Shown here: positions 1 to 12,560 of the stretch, piece by piece
How positions within the stretch are numbered: position 1 is the first letter of the stretch
Layout: each line of letters starts with the position of its first letter
Source of the DNA: Acidovorax sp.
GTDB lineage: Bacteria; Pseudomonadota; Gammaproteobacteria; Burkholderiales; Burkholderiaceae_C
Direction of reading: 5' to 3'
NCBI RefSeq assembly: GCF_034519795.1
Contig: NZ_JAXHOB010000022.1
Location: 8,650 to 72,649, forward strand
Length of the DNA: 64,000 nt
Notes under the pieces: model-generated
The model's input: only the letters and a program-made list of their open reading frames with translations
The model's database searches: none
Told to the model about the DNA's origin: nothing
Position numbers and translations under genes: made by a program

Positions 1-577
1 CGGCACACGCATGGGGCTGATGCTGCTGGCCGGTGTAGCCGTCAATGCGCTGGCGCTGGCGGGGATCGGCTACCTCAATTTCATCTCCACCGACGAGCAG
101 TTGCGCAATATCCAGATGTGGCTGCTGGGCAGCCTGGGCGGTGCGCGCTGGAGCGCTGTGGCCCTGGTGGGCAGCGTGGTCGCGGTGGCCTGCGGCCTGG
201 GCCTGGCGCTGGCGCGCCCGCTCAATGCGATTGCCCTCGGTGAGGCGCAGGCCGCGCTGCTCGGCGTGCCGGTGGAACGCACCAAGCGCCTGGCCGTGCT
301 GGTGACGGCATTGGCCGTGGGTGCCGTGACCGCGGCCACCGGCATCATCGGTTTCATCGGCCTGGTGGCGCCGCACTGGGTGCGCCTCGTGGCCGGGCCG
401 GACCACCGCGTGGTGCTGCCGTGCTCGGCCCTGCTGGGCGCCACGCTGGTGCTGGCGGCCGACGTGGTGGCGCGCACAATCGTCAAGCCGGCCGAGCTGC
501 CGCTGGGGGTGCTCACGGCCTTCATCGGCGTGCCGCTGTTCCTCGCCATGCTGCGCCAGTTCAGGAGCAAGGTATGA
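1..577 (+). CDS. hmuU: Heme ABC transporter permease, FecCD family (5'-truncated by window edge)
   Basis: FecCD motifs W-LLGSL, ALGEAQAALLGV, GIIGFIGLVAPH, AELPLGVLTAFIGVP; stop overlaps ATPase start (ATGA at 574-577). Confidence 0.85.
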   Translation, partial: GTRMGLMLLAGVAVNALALAGIGYLNFISTDEQLRNIQMWLLGSLGGARWSAVALVGSVVAVACGLGLALARPLNAIALGEAQAALLGVPVERTKRLAVLVTALAVGAVTAATGIIGFIGLVAPHWVRLVAGPDHRVVLPCSALLGATLVLAADVVARTIVKPAELPLGVLTAFIGVPLFLAMLRQFRSKV

Positions 578-1386
578 GCGCCAGCCTGCTCCACCCCGGC
601 GATCCGCTGGTGTGCGATCAACTGGGGGTCGGCTTGGCGGGGCGTCCGCTCCTGGCCACCGTGCATGCGCACCTGGCGCCCGGCCGCGTCACGGCCATCC
701 TCGGGCCCAATGGGGCGGGCAAGTCCACGCTGCTGTCCATGCTGTCGGGCCAGCGCGCGCCGCGCTCGGGCTCGGTGGGCCTCGGGGGCCGGGCGCTCTC
801 GGCCATTGCCGCGCCCGAGCTGGCGCGCCTGCGCGCCGTGCTGCCGCAGGAGACGGCCGTGGCCTTCGACTTCACGGTGCAGGAGGTCGTGGAGATGGGG
901 CGCTTTCCCCACCGCCAGTCGCCCAGCCGACAGGAGACGCGCATCGCCCACGATGCCATGGAAGCGACGGGCGTGGCCCATCTGGCGCAGCGCTGCGTGA
1001 ACACCCTCTCGGGCGGTGAGCGCGCACGCGCCCACCTGGCCCGTGCGCTGGCCCAGATCTGGGAGCCCCGGCCTGACGGCGCCACACGCTGGCTGCTGCT
1101 CGACGAACCCACTGCCGCGCTCGACCTGGCGCACCAGCACCAGGCCATGGCCCTGGTGCGCCGCTGGGCGGTGGAGCAGGGCATTGGTGTGGTCGCGGTG
1201 CTGCACGACCTGAACCTGGCGCTGCGCTATGCGCACGACGTGGTGCTGATGGGCGCGGGGCGCTGCGACGTGGGGCCCACCGAGCAGGCGCTGGACGCCG
1301 CGGCGATTGCGCGTGTGTGGGGCGTGCAGTGCTCCGAAGTGCGCGCCAGCGATGGCACGCCGCAGTTTCTCGTGGCGGCGGGATGA
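574..1386 (+). CDS. hmuV: Heme ABC transporter ATP-binding protein
   Basis: Walker A GPNGAGKST, signature LSGGE..RAHLARALAQIW and LLLDEPTAALDLAHQH typical of HmuV; ATG coupled to hmuU stop. Confidence 0.85.
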   Translation: MSASLLHPGDPLVCDQLGVGLAGRPLLATVHAHLAPGRVTAILGPNGAGKSTLLSMLSGQRAPRSGSVGLGGRALSAIAAPELARLRAVLPQETAVAFDFTVQEVVEMGRFPHRQSPSRQETRIAHDAMEATGVAHLAQRCVNTLSGGERARAHLARALAQIWEPRPDGATRWLLLDEPTAALDLAHQHQAMALVRRWAVEQGIGVVAVLHDLNLALRYAHDVVLMGAGRCDVGPTEQALDAAAIARVWGVQCSEVRASDGTPQFLVAAG

Positions 1387-1498
1387 AGCCGACATGACGA
1401 TTTGGTCATCTGCCGCAGTCTTGCCCTTGGCCCCATGGGGATATGCGCAGTGGCGCATGCTGCGCCGCGCGATCTTGTCACTAGAATGCGCGCACACC

Positions 1499-1876
1499 AT
1501 GCGCCGCCTGCTCCTCGTCTTCCTGCTGCTGTTCATGCCGCTCCAGTCCATCTGGGCCGCGGCATCGCCGTACTGCGGGCACGAGGCCGCGCCGCAGGCC
1601 TCGCATTTCGGCCACCATGTGCATGAGCACCAGGCCGATGCATCGGCCGAGCCATCCAAGGCCGACGAAACGCCCGACCACAGAGCCCTGGCCACCACCG
1701 GCACGGCCGACATGGACTGCCATGCCTGCCACGGTGCGGGCAGCGGCATGGCGCTGAGCGCCAGCGCCCAGGCCATCGTGGTGTCGGTGGGCCGCCCTGC
1801 GTCCCAGGCGGCGCCGGCCTGGGTCCACCCACCCCTCTCCCGCCCCGAACGCCCCAACTGGTCCGTCCTCGCCTGA
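1499..1876 (+). CDS. CzcI-like small His/Cys-rich exported protein
   Basis: Signal-like MRRLLLVFLLLFMPLQSIWAAA, YCGHE, HFGHHVHEH, DCHACH, C-terminal RPERPNW; lies directly upstream of TolC/MFP/RND genes. Confidence 0.75.
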   Translation: MRRLLLVFLLLFMPLQSIWAAASPYCGHEAAPQASHFGHHVHEHQADASAEPSKADETPDHRALATTGTADMDCHACHGAGSGMALSASAQAIVVSVGRPASQAAPAWVHPPLSRPERPNWSVLA

Positions 1877-2016
1877 GCGGCGAGGCGGGGCACCGGGTAG
1901 CCCCTTCCTGACGATTCCACGCGGCCTTTGCGGGTAGCAGCGGTGCGCGCATGCGCACCCGGCATCGTGCCTTGCCGATTTCAACCCCGTGGTTCACACC
2001 ACTGCAGAGGAATCGG

Positions 2017-3276
2017 ATGCAACGAACGAGAAGAAAATACACACCACGGTTGTCCATGATGGCCGTGGCGATGGGGTGGGCGCTGGCCACTGGTGCAGCG
2101 CTGGCCCAAGCACCGGCAGCATCGCCGGCCCCACCCCTCACGCTCAAGGCCTTGTTCGACAGGGCCTGGGAGCGCCAGCCCGAGGCCCAGTCGGCCGCGC
2201 TGCGGCGCGAATCGGCGCAGGCGGCGCGCAGCGGCACTGCGTCCTGGACGGCCGAGCCCGCCGCGCTGGAGCTGTCCACCAAGACCGACCGCCCCGGCAG
2301 CAACCAGGGCAACCGCGAGGTCGAGCTGGGCGTGGCCCTGCCGCTGTGGTTGCCCGGCGAGCGCGCACGCAAGGCCGCGCTGGGCGACGCGGAAATCAAG
2401 GCCGTGGAAAGCCGCCGCCTGACCGCGCAGCTGCAACTGGCCGCCAGCGTGCGCGAGGCCTGGTGGGCCCTGCAGCGTGCGCAGGCGGAACTGGGCCTGG
2501 CGCAGGACCGGCTGCAGAACGCCCAGCGCCTGGCGGCCGACGTGGCCCGGCGCTTCCAGGCCGGCGACATGTCGCTTGCCGACCAGACCCAGGCCAACGG
2601 CGCCGTGGCCCAGGCCGAAGCCGCCGTGGCCGAAGCCACCGGAGCGCGCGATGTGGCGCAGGCGGCCCTGGCTGTCTGGAGTGGCGGCGTGGAGCTGGCC
2701 GACGGGGCAGAGCCCGAGGCCGTGCCCGGCGCCGGCCTGCCCGCCGACCACCCCGCCGTGGCCGATTGGCAGGACCAGGCCGAGGTGGCGCGCCGCGCCG
2801 CCGACCTGGCTGCCGTGCAGACCCGCGCCAACCCCGAGTTGACCGTGGCCGCCACGCGCGGGCGTGAGCAGGCGGGCGAGCGCTATCTGCAAAGTTTCAC
2901 CGTCGGGCTGCGCGTTCCCCTGGGCGGCGGCGACCGGGCGCGCGCCAAGGAGATCGCCGCACGCGCCGACGCGCTCGATGCCGAGGTGCGCGCCCGCGTG
3001 GAGCAGGACCGTCTGGCTGCCGAGGTGGCTGCCGCCACGGCGCGTGTGAAGGCCACGCAGGCCCAGCGCGAGGCCATGGCCCGCCATGCGGTACTGGCGC
3101 GTGACACGCGCGGCTTCATCGACAAGGCCTTCCGCCTGGGCGAGGCCGACTGGCCCACGCGCCTGCGCGTGGAGCTCGAGGCCGTGCAGGCCGAGCGCCA
3201 GTGGGCGCGTGCCCGCATCGATGCCGCAGCCGCTGTCTCCACCCTGCGCCAGGCCATGGGCCTGCTGCCGCAATGA
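2017..3276 (+). CDS. TolC-family outer membrane efflux factor (CzcC-like)
   Basis: Signal peptide, Ala-rich helical OEP repeats, motifs LPLW and RFQAGD/AFRLGE; ATG at 2017 preceded by GAGG. Confidence 0.85.
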   Translation: MQRTRRKYTPRLSMMAVAMGWALATGAALAQAPAASPAPPLTLKALFDRAWERQPEAQSAALRRESAQAARSGTASWTAEPAALELSTKTDRPGSNQGNREVELGVALPLWLPGERARKAALGDAEIKAVESRRLTAQLQLAASVREAWWALQRAQAELGLAQDRLQNAQRLAADVARRFQAGDMSLADQTQANGAVAQAEAAVAEATGARDVAQAALAVWSGGVELADGAEPEAVPGAGLPADHPAVADWQDQAEVARRAADLAAVQTRANPELTVAATRGREQAGERYLQSFTVGLRVPLGGGDRARAKEIAARADALDAEVRARVEQDRLAAEVAAATARVKATQAQREAMARHAVLARDTRGFIDKAFRLGEADWPTRLRVELEAVQAERQWARARIDAAAAVSTLRQAMGLLPQ

Positions 3277-3313
3277 GCAGCCTACCTATCTCGACACCAT
3301 TTTTGTGATCACC

Positions 3314-3862
3314 ATGCAACTCCCTTCTCTTTTTTCCGCACTGGGCTTGGCCCTGGTGTTGGGCCTCACGCCCCTGTGGGCACTGGCCGACGATGGCCAC
3401 AACCATGGCGAGGCACCGGCCACCGCCGCCGGCCCGGCCCTGCCGCGCTTTGCCGCCACCTCCGACCTGTTTGAACTGGTCGGCGTGCTCGACGGGCAAA
3501 AGCTGGCGCTCTACCTCGACCATGCGGGCGACAACAGCCCCGTGAAGGAGGCCCAGCTGGAGCTGGACATTGCCGGTGCGCGCGTGACCCTCACCCGCGT
3601 CGCAGAGGGCGAGTTCCAGGCCGCTCTGGCCGCGCCGCTGGCCGAGGGCGTGAGCCCCGTCACGGCCACCGTGGTGGCCGGCACCGAGACAGACCTGCTG
3701 GCTGGCGAGATCGATGTGCATGCCGCTGCGCATGCCCATGCCGAGCCTGCGGGCCGGCGCAACGCGCTGGTGGCCGGTGCCGTGGGCGCCGTGCTGCTGG
3801 CCCTGGGCGCCGTGTGGGGTCTGCGGCGTGGCCGCGCCGCCCGCGTGGGAGGTGCCGCATGA
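3314..3862 (+). CDS. His-rich exported protein with C-terminal membrane anchor (efflux operon accessory)
   Basis: Signal peptide, DDGHNHG after cleavage site, HAAAHAH, C-terminal hydrophobic helix; stop overlaps next ATG. Confidence 0.75.
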   Translation: MQLPSLFSALGLALVLGLTPLWALADDGHNHGEAPATAAGPALPRFAATSDLFELVGVLDGQKLALYLDHAGDNSPVKEAQLELDIAGARVTLTRVAEGEFQAALAAPLAEGVSPVTATVVAGTETDLLAGEIDVHAAAHAHAEPAGRRNALVAGAVGAVLLALGAVWGLRRGRAARVGGAA

Positions 3863-4980
3863 AGCACTCCCTTGCGATCCGCACCCTGGCCGCCTTGCTG
3901 GTGGCCGCCGGCCTGTACGCTCCGCAGAGTGCTATGGCCGGCGAAGGCCATGACCATGGCGACGCCCCTGCCGCCGCCGATGGCAATGGCCCCAAGCGCC
4001 AGCCCGATGGCAGTGTGTTTTTACCCAAGCCCGCGCAGCGCCAGCTGGGCGTGCGCACCCTGGTGGCGGCCGAAGGCCGGCACCCCAAGGCCTTCGAACT
4101 GGCCGGCACGGTGATGATGGACCCCAATGCCGGCGGCAAGGTGCAGGCTGCGCTGGCCGGCCGACTGGAGGCCGGGCCCAAGGGCCTGCCCGGTGTGGGC
4201 CAGGCGGTGCGCAAGGGCGAGGTGCTGGCCTATGTGGTGCCCACGGCGGGCGCCATCGAGCGCTCCAACCAGATGGCCCAGCAGGCCGAGCTGCGCGCTG
4301 CGCGCGATCTGGCGGCACGGCGCGTGGCGCGTTTGAAGGACCTGGCGGACACCGTGCCGCGCAAGGACATCGAGGCGGCCGAAAGCGAGCTGCAAAGCCT
4401 GACCCAGCGCCTGGGCGCCGTGGGGGCTGGCCTGGCGACCCGTGATGCGCTGGTGGCGCCGGTCTCGGGAGTGATTGCGTCGGCGAACGCGGTGGCGGGC
4501 CAGGTGGTGGATGCGCGCGAGCTGCTGTTCGAGGTGGTGGATCCCGCGCGCCTGCGTGTGGAGGCCCTGGCCTACGACACGGCGCAGGCCCACAGCGTGG
4601 CCGGTGCCGCGCTGGCGGTGGGCGGGCAGCGCGTGCCGCTGCGCTTTCTGGGGGCGGCGCGCAGCCTGCGCGACCAGGCGCTGCCGCTGCAGTTTGCCGG
4701 TGACTCGGCGGTGCTGGGCACCCTGGCCCTGGGCCAGCCCGTGCGCGTGTTCGTGCAGTCCACCGAGCAGGCTGCTGGCGTGCAGGTGCCCGTGGCCTCG
4801 CTGCTGCGCAACCCCGCGAACCAGACCATTGTCTGGGTCAAGGAGGCGCCCGAGCGCTTCGTGCCCCGGGTGGTCACCTACGTGCCGCTGGACGGCACCT
4901 CGGTGGCCGTGACCTCGGGCCTCAAGGCCGGTGACCGCGTGGCCACGCAGGGCGCCACGCTGATCAACCAGGTCCGCTAG
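3859..4980 (+). CDS. Efflux RND periplasmic adaptor (CzcB/CusB-like)
   Basis: GEGHDHGD N-terminus, lipoyl-like GQAVRKGEVLA, APVSGVI, C-terminal VTSGLKAGDRVATQGA. Confidence 0.9.
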   Translation: MKHSLAIRTLAALLVAAGLYAPQSAMAGEGHDHGDAPAAADGNGPKRQPDGSVFLPKPAQRQLGVRTLVAAEGRHPKAFELAGTVMMDPNAGGKVQAALAGRLEAGPKGLPGVGQAVRKGEVLAYVVPTAGAIERSNQMAQQAELRAARDLAARRVARLKDLADTVPRKDIEAAESELQSLTQRLGAVGAGLATRDALVAPVSGVIASANAVAGQVVDARELLFEVVDPARLRVEALAYDTAQAHSVAGAALAVGGQRVPLRFLGAARSLRDQALPLQFAGDSAVLGTLALGQPVRVFVQSTEQAAGVQVPVASLLRNPANQTIVWVKEAPERFVPRVVTYVPLDGTSVAVTSGLKAGDRVATQGATLINQVR

Positions 4981-4991
4981 GAGCCAGCACC

Positions 4992-8111
<3,120 letters not shown>

Positions 8112-8151
8112 GCTTTTCCCCTGTTTCCGTCAACCGTTTGAAAGGACACCC

Positions 8152-8541
8152 ATGAAAACCAAGTACCTCCTGGCCACGCTGGCCCTGGCCCTCTCTGGCG
8201 CAGCATTCGCTGCCGGAGACCACACCCATGGCGACGACCACAAGCCGCAGCACGGCGGCATCGTGGCCGGCACGCACGACATGGACTACGAACTGGTGGC
8301 ACGGCCCGACGTGATCACCCTGCACCTGCGCGACCACGGCAAACCGGCCAGTTCCCAGGGCGTGGGCGCCAAGCTCACGCTGCTCAACGGCACCGAAAAG
8401 TCCGAGGCCGTGCTGGTGCCGGTAGGCGAGGGCAGGCTCGAAGCCAAGGGCACGTTCAAGGTCGCGGCGGGCACCAAGGTGGTGGCGCTGGTGACCCTGC
8501 CAGGCAAGAAGCCGGCGAATGTGCGTTTTGCGCTGAAGTAA
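8152..8541 (+). CDS. Small periplasmic His-rich putative metal-binding protein
   Basis: RBS AAGGA; signal peptide MKTKYLLATLALALSGAAFAA followed by DHTHGDDHKPQHGG. Confidence 0.8.
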   Translation: MKTKYLLATLALALSGAAFAAGDHTHGDDHKPQHGGIVAGTHDMDYELVARPDVITLHLRDHGKPASSQGVGAKLTLLNGTEKSEAVLVPVGEGRLEAKGTFKVAAGTKVVALVTLPGKKPANVRFALK

Positions 8542-8573
8542 GGCGCCAACCGGGGGAGACCCCTGTTCACGCG

Positions 8574-8605
8574 AAGCCCCTGCCAGCCCATGGCCGGGGC
8601 TTTTT
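8574..8605 (+). terminator. Intrinsic terminator of efflux operon
   Basis: AAGCCCC...GGGGCTT stem followed by T-tract, between convergent genes. Confidence 0.65.
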
Positions 8606-8614
8606 GTTGGAGGC

Positions 8615-9436
8615 TCAGTACACCAGCCGTTCCGGGCGGATTTCCTGCAGGATGGTGGTGGCGATCTCTTCGATCGACTTGGTGGTGGTGGACAGCCAGC
8701 GGATGCCGGCGCGGCGCATCATGGCCTCGGCCTCGGCCACCTCGTGGCGGCAGTTGACCAGGTCGGCGTACTTGGAGTTGGGCCGGCGCTCGTTGCGGAT
8801 CTCGGACAGGCGCTCGGGCTGGATGGTCAGGCCGAAGATCTTCTTGCGGTGCGGCTCCAGCGCGGGCGGCAACTGGCGGCGCTCGAAATCCTCGGGGATC
8901 AGCGGGTAGTTGGCCGCCTTCATGCCGTACTGCATGGCCAGGTACAGGCTGGTGGGGGTCTTGCCGCTGCGGCTCACGCCCACCAGGATCACATCGGCGC
9001 CGGCCAGGTCGCGGTTGCTCTGGCCGTCGTCGTGCGCCAGGCTGAAATTGATGGCCTCGATGCGGTCGGTGTACTCCTTGCTGCGGCTCACGTCACTGAA
9101 GCGGCCCACGCGGTGGTGGGACTTGATGCCGAGCTCCTCTTCCAGCGGGTGCACGAAGGTGCCGAACATGTCCAGCAGCATGCCACGGCAGCCCTCCTGG
9201 ATGACGCGCAGCACCTCCATGTTGACCAGCGTGGTGAAGACGATGGGCTTCTTGCCCTCGATCTCGGCCGTGTGGTTGATCTGGCGCACCGTCTGGTGCG
9301 CCTTGTCCACGCTGTCGATGAAGGGCAGGCGCACATGGCGCGGTTTCATCTCGAACTGGGCCAGGATGGCATTGCCGAAGGTTTCTGCCGTGATGCCGGT
9401 GCCGTCCGAGACGAAGAATACGGTGCGCGTGTGCAT
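8615..9436 (-). CDS. ppsR: PEP synthase regulatory kinase/pyrophosphorylase (DUF299)
   Basis: [27 protein letters not shown]; divergent from ppsA. Confidence 0.95.
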   Translation of the reverse strand: MHTRTVFFVSDGTGITAETFGNAILAQFEMKPRHVRLPFIDSVDKAHQTVRQINHTAEIEGKKPIVFTTLVNMEVLRVIQEGCRGMLLDMFGTFVHPLEEELGIKSHHRVGRFSDVSRSKEYTDRIEAINFSLAHDDGQSNRDLAGADVILVGVSRSGKTPTSLYLAMQYGMKAANYPLIPEDFERRQLPPALEPHRKKIFGLTIQPERLSEIRNERRPNSKYADLVNCRHEVAEAEAMMRRAGIRWLSTTTKSIEEIATTILQEIRPERLVY

Positions 9437-9756
9437 GGGGCAGGGCCTTTCGGTGCTGGGGCCTGTCCACCGGCCGGTGATGGCCGTGCAGGCGCCTTTG
9501 GATGGGCGGGAAGGGGAATGTGGGGGCCTTGGCCGTTGTAATACCCGGGACTACAGGCATCGTAAACAGGTTCCTGCCCGTGGCTGGGCCGGCCGGCCTA
9601 CAATTGTGTCAATTATCCAAATTTCTCAACCATGCACTTCGTCGGCCTACAACCACAACGACAAAGCCACCGCCAGTGCATGGCAGCTCGCCCCACGGTG
9701 CTCCCTTGTGGGAGCGGGCGCGCAGACGACCCGGTTTCAACTTCTGGAGCTTTCCC

Positions 9757-12150
9757 ATGTCTGCACTTTTCAGCCCGACCGCCCTGGTCGTACCGTTTGA
9801 AAACCTGAGAATGACCGATGTCGAGTCGGTGGGCGGTAAAAACGCCTCCCTCGGCGAAATGATCTCCCAACTGCCCGAGGGTGTGCGCGTGCCCACCGGC
9901 TTTGCCACCACGGCCCACGCCTTCCGCGAATTCCTGGCCCACGATGGCCTGGCCGACAAGATCAGCGCCAAGCTCGCGAGCCTCGATACCGAAGACGTGC
10001 GCGCTCTGGCCCGCGTGGGCGCGGAGATCCGCGCCATGGTCGAGGCCCAGCCCTTCCCGGCCGATCTGCAAAAAGCCATTGGCGAAGCCTTTGCCACCCT
10101 GTCCGCCGGCAACCCGCAGGCCAGCTTCGCCGTGCGCTCGTCCGCCACGGCCGAGGATCTGCCAGACGCATCGTTCGCCGGGCAGCAGGAGACCTTCCTG
10201 AACGTGGTGGGCATCGACGACGTGCTGCACAAGATGAAGGAGGTGTTCGCCTCCCTGTACAACGACCGCGCCATCTCCTACCGCGTGCACAAGGGCTTTG
10301 CCCACGACGTGGTGGCCCTGTCGGCCGGCGTGCAGCGCATGGTGCGCTCCGACCTGGGTGCTGCGGGCGTGATGTTCACCATCGATACCGAATCGGGCTT
10401 CGAAGAAGTCGTCTTCATCACCAGCAGCTACGGCCTGGGCGAGACCGTGGTGCAGGGCGCCGTGAACCCCGACGAGTTCTATGTGCACAAGCCCATGCTC
10501 CAGGCTGGCAAGAAGGCCGTGATCCGCCGCAACCTGGGCAGCAAGCTGGTGCAGATGGTGTTCTCCACGGCCGAGGAAAAGGCCGCGTCGGGCAAGCTGG
10601 TCAAGACCACCGACGTGCCCACCGAGCAGCGCAACCGCTACTCGCTGACCGACGCCGACGTGCAGCAGCTGGCGCACTATGCGCTGGTGATCGAGCAGCA
10701 CTATGGCCGCCCGATGGACATCGAATGGGGCAAGGACGGCACCGACGGCCTGCTCTACATCCTGCAGGCGCGTCCCGAGACCGTGAAGAGCCAGTCCAAG
10801 GGCCAGGCCGAGATGCGCTACAAGCTCAAGGGCCAGGGCACCGTGCTGGCCGAGGGCCGTGCCATCGGCCAGAAGATCGGCACCGGCCCCGTGCGCCTGG
10901 TGCACAACATTGCCGAGATGGACAAGGTGCAGCCCGGCGACGTGCTGGTGACCGACATGACCGACCCCAACTGGGAACCGGTGATGAAGCGCGCCAGCGC
11001 CATCGTCACCAACCGCGGCGGCCGCACCTGCCACGCGGCCATCATCGCGCGCGAACTGGGCATCCCGGCCGTGGTGGGCTGTGGTGACGCAACCGAGCTG
11101 CTCAAGGACGGCACGCTGGTCACGGTGAGCTGCGCCGAAGGCGACACCGGCCACATCTACGATGGCCTGCTCGAAACCGAGGTCACCGAGGTGCAGCGCG
11201 GCGAGATGCCCAGCATCCAAACCAAGATCATGATGAACGTCGGCAACCCCCAGCTGGCCTTCGACTTCTGCCAGCTGCCCAACGAAGGCGTGGGCCTGGC
11301 GCGCCTGGAGTTCATCATCAACAACAACATCGGCGTGCACCCCAAGGCGATCCTGGACTACCCGCAGATCGACGCCGACCTGAAAAAGGCAGTGGAATCC
11401 GTGGCCCGCGGCCATGCGAGCCCGCGCGCCTTCTACGTGGACAAGGTCGCCGAAGGCGTGGCCACCATCGCCGCAGCCTTCTACCCCAAGCCGGTGATCG
11501 TGCGCCTGTCGGACTTCAAGAGCAATGAGTACCGCAAGCTCATCGGCGGCAGCCGCTACGAGCCCGAGGAAGAAAACCCGATGCTGGGCTTTCGCGGTGC
11601 GGCGCGCTACTTGAGCGCTGACTTCGGCGAGGCCTTTGCGATGGAGTGCGAGGCGCTCAAGCGCGTGCGCAACGAGATGGGCCTGACCAACGTGCAGGTG
11701 ATGGTGCCCTTCGTGCGCACCCTGGGCCAGGCCGAGCGCGTGACGCAGCTGCTGGCCCAGCACGGCCTGCAGCGCGGCAAGGACGACCTCAAGGTCATCA
11801 TGATGTGCGAGGTGCCGAGCAATGCCATCCTGGCCGAGCGCTTCCTGGAGTTCTTCGACGGCTTCTCCATCGGCTCCAACGACCTGACCCAGCTTACCCT
11901 GGGCCTGGACCGCGACTCGGGCCTGGAACTGCTGGCCCACGATTTCGATGAACGCGACCCCGCTGTGCAGGCGCTGATCCACCAGGCCATCAAGGCCTGC
12001 CTGGCCCAGGGCAAGTACATCGGCATCTGTGGCCAGGGCCCCAGCGACCACCCTGACTTCGCGCAGTGGCTGGCGGCCGAGGGCATCTCCTCCATCTCGC
12101 TGAACCCCGACAGCGTGATGGCCACCTGGCAGCAACTGGCTGCGGGCTGA
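9757..12150 (+). CDS. ppsA: Phosphoenolpyruvate synthase
   Basis: [33 protein letters not shown], phospho-His motif [23 protein letters not shown]. Confidence 0.97.
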   Translation: MSALFSPTALVVPFENLRMTDVESVGGKNASLGEMISQLPEGVRVPTGFATTAHAFREFLAHDGLADKISAKLASLDTEDVRALARVGAEIRAMVEAQPFPADLQKAIGEAFATLSAGNPQASFAVRSSATAEDLPDASFAGQQETFLNVVGIDDVLHKMKEVFASLYNDRAISYRVHKGFAHDVVALSAGVQRMVRSDLGAAGVMFTIDTESGFEEVVFITSSYGLGETVVQGAVNPDEFYVHKPMLQAGKKAVIRRNLGSKLVQMVFSTAEEKAASGKLVKTTDVPTEQRNRYSLTDADVQQLAHYALVIEQHYGRPMDIEWGKDGTDGLLYILQARPETVKSQSKGQAEMRYKLKGQGTVLAEGRAIGQKIGTGPVRLVHNIAEMDKVQPGDVLVTDMTDPNWEPVMKRASAIVTNRGGRTCHAAIIARELGIPAVVGCGDATELLKDGTLVTVSCAEGDTGHIYDGLLETEVTEVQRGEMPSIQTKIMMNVGNPQLAFDFCQLPNEGVGLARLEFIINNNIGVHPKAILDYPQIDADLKKAVESVARGHASPRAFYVDKVAEGVATIAAAFYPKPVIVRLSDFKSNEYRKLIGGSRYEPEEENPMLGFRGAARYLSADFGEAFAMECEALKRVRNEMGLTNVQVMVPFVRTLGQAERVTQLLAQHGLQRGKDDLKVIMMCEVPSNAILAERFLEFFDGFSIGSNDLTQLTLGLDRDSGLELLAHDFDERDPAVQALIHQAIKACLAQGKYIGICGQGPSDHPDFAQWLAAEGISSISLNPDSVMATWQQLAAG

Positions 12151-12202
12151 GATCTTGCGGGCACGGGCACGGGAATCCATGCAACGCCCTGGCTGATCCG
12201 CG

Positions 12203-12556
12203 ATGCCCTTGCCGCCCCGTGCCCCCACCCAGTCTGCCGAGCCCGAGCTTGCAGGCCCTTTTCCGCCCGACCTGCACGACGTGCGCCACCTGTGGCTCAA
12301 GGCCGGGTTGCTGAGCATCTGGGTGCTGGTGTCCTTCGTGGCCACCTATTTCGCGCGTGACCTGCAGTTCCTCATTCCGGGCGGCTGGCCGCTGGGCTAC
12401 TGGATCGAGGCGCAGGGCGCGGTGCTGGTGTTCATTGCCATCGTGGTGGTGTATGCCTGGGCCATGAACCGCTTCGAGCGGCAGGACGAACGGCGCCGCC
12501 TGGCGCTGGAAGCCGCCCCGCCAGCGGAAGGCAAGCCTGCTGTGGACAGGGACTGA
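12203..12556 (+). CDS. DUF4212 small membrane subunit of solute symporter
   Basis: Two TM helices, GWPLGYW..AQGA motif, immediately upstream of SSS symporter. Confidence 0.8.
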   Translation: MPLPPRAPTQSAEPELAGPFPPDLHDVRHLWLKAGLLSIWVLVSFVATYFARDLQFLIPGGWPLGYWIEAQGAVLVFIAIVVVYAWAMNRFERQDERRRLALEAAPPAEGKPAVDRD

Positions 12557-12560
12557 CGCC

